Assembly (NCBI GenBank): GCA_004431415.1
Contig: QPMI01000130.1
Location: 1 to 64,000, forward strand
DNA from: Cyanophora paradoxa CCMP329
Taxonomy: Eukaryota; Plantae; Glaucophyta
DNA: 64,000 nucleotides
Direction of reading: 5' to 3'
In this document: in pieces, positions 57,046-64,000 of the stretch
Layout of the letters: each line of letters opens with the position of its first letter
Numbering within the stretch: position 1 is the first letter of the stretch
Translations under genes and position numbers: made by a program
The notes under the pieces: model-generated
Databases searched by the model: none
The model's input: only the letters and a program-made list of their open reading frames with translations
Told to the model about the DNA's origin: nothing

Positions 57046-58441
57046 TCAGCAAAGGCATCCATCGCGAGCTCGAGCTCGGACGTCGACGCCTCCCTTCAGC
57101 TTTCGCACGCACTCCGGTACAAGCAGCGCTTGCGGCTCCGGGGGGAGGGCCAGCCTCGAGAGCCCGCAGTAGCTGCGCGACGCCGATGTCGCCTCAGGAC
57201 GGCACTGGGGGAGAGCACAAGCATGCGCGAGGGAGGGGGGGGAGGGGGGAGGGAGGGAAAAGGTGGGGGGTGGGGGGGGGGTGGGGGGGGTGGGGGTGGG
57301 GGGGGTGGGGGGGTGGGGGGGGGTGGGGGGGGGGGCGCGAACGGGGTGTGGACCTGCACCGAAGAAGAGGGGAATGAGGGTGCGGGGGCGCGGGGGCAGG
57401 GGGAAGGCGGGGGCGGACGTGGACGGCGGGGCCGGCGAGGTGCTGGACGACCGCCTGCATGCCCGCCGCGTGCACTGCCAGCAGCGCGCGCCGCCCCGCC
57501 CCCCGCACCCGCTCCTCCACCAGCCGCCGCGCCGCCGCCCCGCAACGCCTGCCGCCCACCACTCAGAGGGGCCCCACGGGCGCCCAGGGGCCCGCGCCCA
57601 GAGGGGCGCCCAGCGGCCCGGTGCGCTGGCCGTGCGGAACTGGAAGCAGGCCTCCTTCGCCTCGGGGTACACGGCCCGGAAGGCGCTCCTGGGTCGCGGA
57701 AAGGAGCAGGTCGCGCGGGCTCGGCGGTCCGGCGGCGCGCGGCGCGCGCACTCATACTCGAAGTCGAGCTGAGGGAAGCGGCGGAGGGCCTCCTCCCGCG
57801 GCGCTGCCCGAGGCGTGAGGCGCGAGACAGGAGGCACGCGGGGCCGGGCCGGCGCGCTCTCGTCGAGCCAGATGCGGGGCTGGTCCGAGCCCGTGCGCTT
57901 TCTCTCCTCGGCATAGTGGGGGTCGTGCTCGGGCAGCCACTCGCTCAAGCCCCGCTCGATCTGCGCGAGCGTGGGCGGGACCGATGGCCGAGATCGCTGC
58001 GTCCGCACGGGCCTTGATCTTGATGTTCAGAGCAGCGCTGTCGACCGCGACCATCAGCGCGCGGATGCGCAATGAAATGGCGCGGCCGGGCGGGGCGGAC
58101 GCGAGGGGCGCCACGGTTTGGATGACGCGATAGAAAGGTGAAGAATAGATCTCTTGGATGCCACTGTCTTTCAGGCGTTTGGCTAGCTCCAAAGCCTGGA
58201 GCTCGCCACGGGCGCTCTGCGGGGCAGGTGCAGTGAGCGGCAGCAAGAAACGCGCGACGAAACCGAACCAAAGGCGGGTCCAAGGCGCGCGCGGGCTTCG
58301 AGCTCATCCACGCTCCTCCATCCACCTGGTGCAATGCGCATGCGCACCTGAGCAATGCACATTCATGCACAGCACAATGCGTACCTGATCAATACGCTCT
58401 CCGTGGCGGACGATGTGCACGACGAGGCCTTCTCCAGGCAT
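57046..58441 (-). CDS. Histidine phosphatase / phosphoglycerate mutase family protein, multi-exon; 3' end approximate
   Basis: IVRHGERID, DPPL..RGELQA, IYSSPFYRVIQT, IERGLSEW, LLAVHAAG and YCGLSRL. Confidence 0.85.
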
Positions 58442-58647
58442 CTCAACGTCGACGTCGTCCTCTGGTGCAAGCCAGCGCTCGGCAATGACAAGCCGGAGTT
58501 TGCCAAGTAATATTCAATGATTAGCGCTCGCTCACGGCGGCCGACGCGGCCGTGGATAGATACAGTGCCCGGCTCTTGGCCTTCTGCTAGTTTCTACGAC
58601 GACGACGACGAACGTCGATGCCGGGGTACAGAAGCATCGAGCGCAAG

Positions 58648-59103
58648 ATGGTACGTCCGCGCCCTCGCCGTCGTGCTCTGGGCTGCGCCGAAGGCGCCAC
58701 GGGACGTGTAGCTCGCTTTCTGTCCGTATGAGACCGGTCTTTGACTAGCGCTCGTGCTCAGGCGGGCGAAGGCGTTCCTTTCTCGAGCCCGGTGTCGATG
58801 GCGCTCTATCCGACACTGGCGACGCTTTTCATGGGAGTCGGGCTGCTTCTGCTCGCCTCCTTCTTCGTGTGCGTTCGAGCCGCGCATCTGGAGCTCTCCG
58901 ACGCTGACCGACAGCACACAGGTACGAGGTCACCAGCAACAAGTACACCCGGAAGATCGAGCGGGAAGGCGCCATCGCCGCGGGCGCTTCCGTGTTCCTG
59001 GGTGCGCCCCGATGGGCAGTGTGTTCTCGTCCTCGCTCACCCTCGCCGGCGCTCAGGCTTCGGCATCGTCTTCTTGTTGAACTCCCAGAATGTGTTCGTA
59101 TAG
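58648..59103 (+). CDS. TMEM258: TMEM258/OST5 oligosaccharyltransferase small subunit
   Basis: FSSPVSMALYPTLATLFMGVGL..FFV|YEVTSNKYTR..ASVFL|GFGIVFLLNSQNVFV*. Confidence 0.88.
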
Positions 59104-59714
59104 CCTTCTGCGCTCCCTCGTCCCCGTAGTTAGGCAGGTGTAGTCAAACAGGGCCATTCCATCCTCGCCGCCTGCCCGGCAATCGGGCAGCGGCACCACG
59201 GGGCCGCAGGGCGTCATTGGTCCATCTTTTTGATCCGCAGACTGTGTACCGCCTGTGTGGTACCTGCTGCAGCACGCTCCGCGACCGCGGCAGGTCGCGC
59301 GCCGGAGACCGGAGATCTGGATTCCCAATTAGAAGCAAAGAGAGACTACTTTCTCTCGTCACTGATTTTCTTTTGCTTTCTTTTATATGCATGCCGTACT
59401 GTGCGTGAGGAAGGCCTTCAATTCTGCAGCAGCGCCGCCACCTCGGATCAAATGTGGTTCTCGAAGCGGGCGAGGCCTAGCTATAGGTGGCGTGGCGGAT
59501 TGCCGCCGCCCTAAGTTCATCGATCCGGGTCCCTGCTAGGCTTCCTACCCGTAACTGCCGCGAGATTCAATTGCAACGATTTACCCCTAACCGCCGCCGC
59601 GGGAAAGCGAGGGTCTAGGTAGGTGCACGTGCACGTGCAGCCTAGGCCTTGTGTACCGTTTACGAAGTTGTAGGCTTGAGAAGCGGTAGCCGGCGCGCTG
59701 GAGCGGCCGCGGCC

Positions 59715-61650
59715 ATGGCATCGAACTCGTCGCTCTCGCGCGAGCTACTGGTCGCCGCGCGAACGGCGGACCGCGTGTTGCTGTTGAGCGCCCTCGAGCG
59801 AGGCGTGGCGCTCGACGCGACCGACGAGGAGGGCAGGTATGCAGTTACTCATCCGCGCCCCCCGCCGTGCGCTCATCCGCCCCGACGCCAGAACTGCGCT
59901 GCATCTCGCGGCGCTTGCGGGCTCGCAGGACGGCGTCTCCTTACTCCTGTCGAAGAAGGCGCCGGTCGACGCCCTGGACGACGAGCTGCGAACGCCTCTC
60001 TTCCTCGCAGCCTCGCGCGGCAACGTCGACTGCGCGCGCCTTCTCCTCGACGCCGGTGCCTCGCCGAACGCCGCCACCCGCGGCGGCGCCGTGCCCCTCC
60101 ACGCCGCCGCCGCCCTCGGCAGCGCCGGCACGCCCGTCGCATCGTGCGCGCCCGCCCGCCCGCGCCGGCGCCGCGGCCGCCGCCGACGGGGCCTGCACGC
60201 AGCGTTCTCCTCGGCAAGTCGGCGAACCCGCTGCTGGCGGACGGGGAAAAGCGGCTGCCGCTCCATGTCGCCTGCCAGGCGGGCGCCTCCGACCTCGTCC
60301 GGTGCGTGCCGCCCCGCGCGCCGGGGGCCGGCCGCACGCGCCGCCCGGCGAGGCCGGCGCAGGCTGCTCTCGGACCCGTCGCTGGTGAGCGCGGCGGACG
60401 GGGCGGGGCGGACGCCGCTGCACTGCGCGGCGGCGGCCGGCTGCACGGAGGCCGTCGCGATGCTTCTCGCGCGCGGCGCCGACCCGCGCGCCCGCGACGC
60501 CGCCACCCTCACCCCGCTCCTCGCCGTGCGCCCCGCCCCGGCCCCGCCCCGCCGCCCCCGACGGGCGCCGCGGGGGCGCAGGCGGCGGAGAAGGGCCACG
60601 CGGGGGCCTGCCGGGCCCTCCTCGAGGCAGGCGCCGACCCCCGCGCCCGCACCGGCGAGCGCGCCGGCAGCCGCCCGTGCGTGCGCCCCGCCCCCGCCCC
60701 GGCGCGGGAGGGCGAGGCGGGGCGGGCAGGGCGCTGCTGCTGGCTGCGGCGGCGGGCTCGCTGGCGGCGGTGCGGGCGCTGCTCGACGCCGGCGCCGCCC
60801 CCGACGACACCGACGCCCTCCGCCGCTCCGTCCGCCCCGCCCGCCCGCCCCGGCGCGGCGCGGGCGGGGTGAGGGCCGGGGCGGGGGGCAGGCGCTGCAC
60901 GCGGCGTGCGAGGGCGGGAGCGTGGAGGTCGTCCAGTTCCTCGTCGAGGCCCGCGCCGCCGACCCCCGCCTCCCCTGCCTCCAGGCCCGCCGCCCCCGCA
61001 GCCCCGCCGCGCCCCCGCGCGGGGCTGAGGGGCGGGGGCAGAAGCGGGTGGCGCTGCACTACGCGGCGGGCGGGGGCGGGGTGGGCGTGCTGGGGTACCT
61101 GCTCGCCGCCGGCGTCGACGTGCACGCCCGCGACAAGGACCAGCGCACAGCCCTCCACCACGCGGGTATCCCCCGCCCCCCGCCCCGCCGCGCCCCGCCC
61201 CTCACCCGAGGGCCCCTCTCCAGCCGACTGCGGGCACCGCGAGGCCGCCGCGTGCGCCCCTCCGCCCGCGGCTCTCGAGCCCGCGGCCGACAGGGCTGCA
61301 GGCTGCTGATCGAGAAGGGCGTCGACGTGAACGCGCCGGACGAGCAGCGGGCGACGCCGCTGCACCTCGCGGCGGCGTCGGGCCACGCGGGGGTGGCGCA
61401 GCTGCTGGTGGAGCGGGGGGCCCGCATCGGGGCCTTCGACGCGCTGCTGTGCAGCCCGCTCCACATGGCCGCCAAGCACGGCCACCTCGACCTCGCCAAG
61501 CGCGCCCCGCCCCGCCCCGCCCGCCCCCCCGCCCCGCCCCGCCCCGGCCCGAGCGCCCAGCAGGCTGCTCTGCTCGGCGGGGGCGAACGTAAACGCGTGC
61601 GGGGCTCCTCCGAGGGCCGCGCCAGCGCGCGGGGCGGCGGGGAGGAGGGC

Positions 61651-61681
<31 letters not shown>

Positions 61682-64000
61682 TCTCGGGGTGGGCGCTGGA
61701 GTACCCCCCGCTCTACCTCGCGGTCGTCCACAACCGCGCCGCCGTCGCCAGGCGCCCCGCCGCCCCCGCCGCCCCCGCCCGCGCCCCCGCCGCCGCCGCC
61801 GCTGACGTCGCGCCAGGTTCCTCATCTCCCGCGGCGCCGACGCCGGCTTCGTCGACCCCCAGGCCCGCCCCGCCGCGCGCCCCACGCCGCCCCTCCGAGC
61901 CCGCCCCGCCCCAGGGCCAGCCCCTCGTCCACCTCGCCGCCAAGGCCGGCCACTCCGGTCCCCGCCCCGCCCCGCCCGCCCCGCCCCGCCCCGCGCCCCT
62001 CACCCTCGCGCCCCGCAGACGTGCTTCGGTGCGCGCCGAATCGCCGCCTGCGGGGTGCGGGGCGCGGGCCTCAGCGGGGCGGGCGGGAGCAGGGCGCTGG
62101 TGGAGTGCGGGCGGACCTGGCGACCCTCAACGCCGCCAACCACACCCCGCTCCAGGTCCCCCGCCCCGCCCCGACCCTCCGCCCGGCCCCCGACGCCGCC
62201 GCCGCCCCGGCAGGCCGCGCTCCTCGCCGAGAAGCACGACTGCGCCGCGTGCGCCCGCCCCGCCCCGGCGCGCGGGCGGGCGGGCGGTGGTGAGGCGGGC
62301 GGGGCAGGCTGCTGCTGGCGGGGAAGGCGCCGGTGCGGAACTACTCGCCCGAGTGGCGCGAGGCGCCCGTCTTCCTCGCCCTCTCAGCGCGCGCCCCCGA
62401 CCTCTTCCGCGTCCGCCCGCCCCGGCCCCGCCCCGGCCCGGCGCGGGCGGGGCGAGCGGGCGGGGCCGGGGCAGACGGTGGTGGAGCGGGGCGGGCGGAC
62501 GCGCTGTCGGCGGAGGAGCAGGCGCTGCTGATCTACGGGGCGCTGGAGGCGGGGCCCAAGTTCGAGGCGGCGGCGTGCGGGCTCATCGGGCGGTGCGGGG
62601 AGGCCCTCGCCCTCTCCGGCCAGCTCTTCCTCCACCAGGCACCCCCGCCCCGCCCCGCCCCGCCCTGCCCCCGCGGGGCGGCTGAGGCGGGGGCAGGGGG
62701 CGCGCTTCGGGTGCCCGCGGGCGCTGGAGGCGCTCCTCGGGGCCGGCCACTGCGACCTCGACGCCCTCGACGCCGACGGCAAGCGCGCCGCCGAGGCCCG
62801 CCCGCCCCGCCCCGCCCCGCCTCGCCCCGCCCTGCCCCGCCCCGCGCTGACAGGGCGGCCGGCAGGTGGCGGCGGAGGCCGGGCACGAGCGGTGCCGGCG
62901 GCTGCTGAGCGAGGCGCAGCGCGCCGCGCGGCTCTACCGCGGCCGCTACCGCCTCGTCGGGCACCCGACGCCGGCCCCGCCCCGCCCCGCCGCCCCGGCC
63001 CCCGGCGGGCCGGCCTCGGAGAGGAAGGAGGGGCGGGGCGGCCCTCTTTGAAGCGCGCGAGCGACGCGGCGCGCGCCGCCGCGCGCCTCGCCGCCGCCGC
63101 CGCCCTCGCCCAGCAGACCGGCAGCCCGCGCCGCGTGCGCCCCGCCCCCGCACCCGGCCCCGCCCCCGCCCCGCCGCTGAGGGGCGGCAGGCCCCGCCGG
63201 ACTCGCACCGGAGCGGGGCGAGCGGGGCGAGCACGCCGGCGAGCCCGGCGCTGCGGAGCGTCTCCCTGGGCCCGCCCTCGGCCGCCTCCACAGCCCGCAC
63301 GGGCGCCGAGGGACCCGCCACAGGTCCGCCCCGCGCCCCCCCCCCGTCGCCCTGCCGGCGCCGAGCGGGCGGGGCGGGGCAGGGCGGGTGGCGGAGGTGG
63401 CGATTGGGGCGACAGACGTGCAGCGGGGGGCGCGGGTGACGCTGCGGCTCTTCTCGCGGCGGTCGGACTGGGAGGTGGAGAGCCTGGCGCTGGGCCTGCT
63501 GCGCGGCGAGCACGCCGCCGCCCTCCTCGACGCCTTCGAGGACCGCGACGCGTCCGCCCGCCCCGGCCCCGGCCCCGGCCCCCGCCCCGGCCGCCTCGGA
63601 CGGGGCGGGGCCGGGGGCAGGTTCCCCGGGAGCCCGTACGCGCTGGTGACGGAGGCGCCCGACGAGTGGCTCCCCGACTTCGCCGCCCGCCGCCGTCCGC
63701 CCCCGCCCGCCCCCCGCCGCGCCGCCGCCCGGGCGCGAGGGGCGGGCGTTTGCAGGGGGCGACGTGGCGCGCGGGGAGGCGGTGGCGATCGCCCTCGCCC
63801 TCGTCTCCACCCTCACCCGCCTCCGCCAGCAGGGCCCGCCCCGCCCTCGCGCCCCGCCCCGCCCGCCCCGCTCACGCCCCGCAGGCTTCGTCCACGGAGC
63901 GCTCTCCGCCGGCCAGTTCGGGCGGGCGCCCTGCGGCGTCTGGAAGATCTACCGCGTCTGCACGCCGGCGCCCCTCCGCAAGCGCGGCGAGGTCCCCGCC
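59715..64000 (+). CDS. Ankyrin-repeat protein with C-terminal protein-kinase-like domain; runs off window
   Basis: Many TALHLAA / TPLH.AA..G repeats over short exons. C-terminal VTLRLF..WEVESLAL..PYALVTE..GFVHGALSAGQF..WKI follows kinase subdomain order. Confidence 0.8.

Overview
Eukaryotic, very GC-rich genomic DNA. The host is probably an alga or protist, inferred from a cyanobacterial-type DICT histidine kinase and dense ~55-70 bp introns. The window has three zones. (1) 1-~13.7 kb is an intron-free, tightly packed virus-like segment that runs off the left edge. It carries a probable ssDNA-binding protein, several small membrane proteins, a large UL9/origin-binding-type SF2 helicase, an intact YqaJ/lambda-type exonuclease and two paralogous orphans. 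A shared upstream motif (WWTTCYAA-like) precedes most of these genes. The segment also holds two repeat families that look like replication origins or enhancers, including a 50-bp imperfect palindrome that brackets the helicase gene in inverted orientation and recurs in ~90-bp tandem units. (2) 14.2-19.3 kb and 37.2-64 kb hold intron-rich host genes: glyoxalase II, PNO1, DICT histidine kinase, ATG4, an SDR, an EEF1AKMT4-like methyltransferase, MUB/UBL3, an aldo-keto reductase, a coiled-coil protein, a TTP-type CCCH protein, a histidine phosphatase, TMEM258 and an ankyrin/kinase-like protein. GC-AG introns are frequent in these genes. (3) 19.4-37 kb is a transposon-rich block. It contains a DIRS/Ngaro-like gag, a transposase fragment, a 5.2-kb TIR element inserted into an ORF, satellites, and an inverted partial copy of the kinase 5' end fused to an HDAC-like fragment. 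All calls come from reading the sequence by eye; no database searches were run, and many gene ends are approximate.
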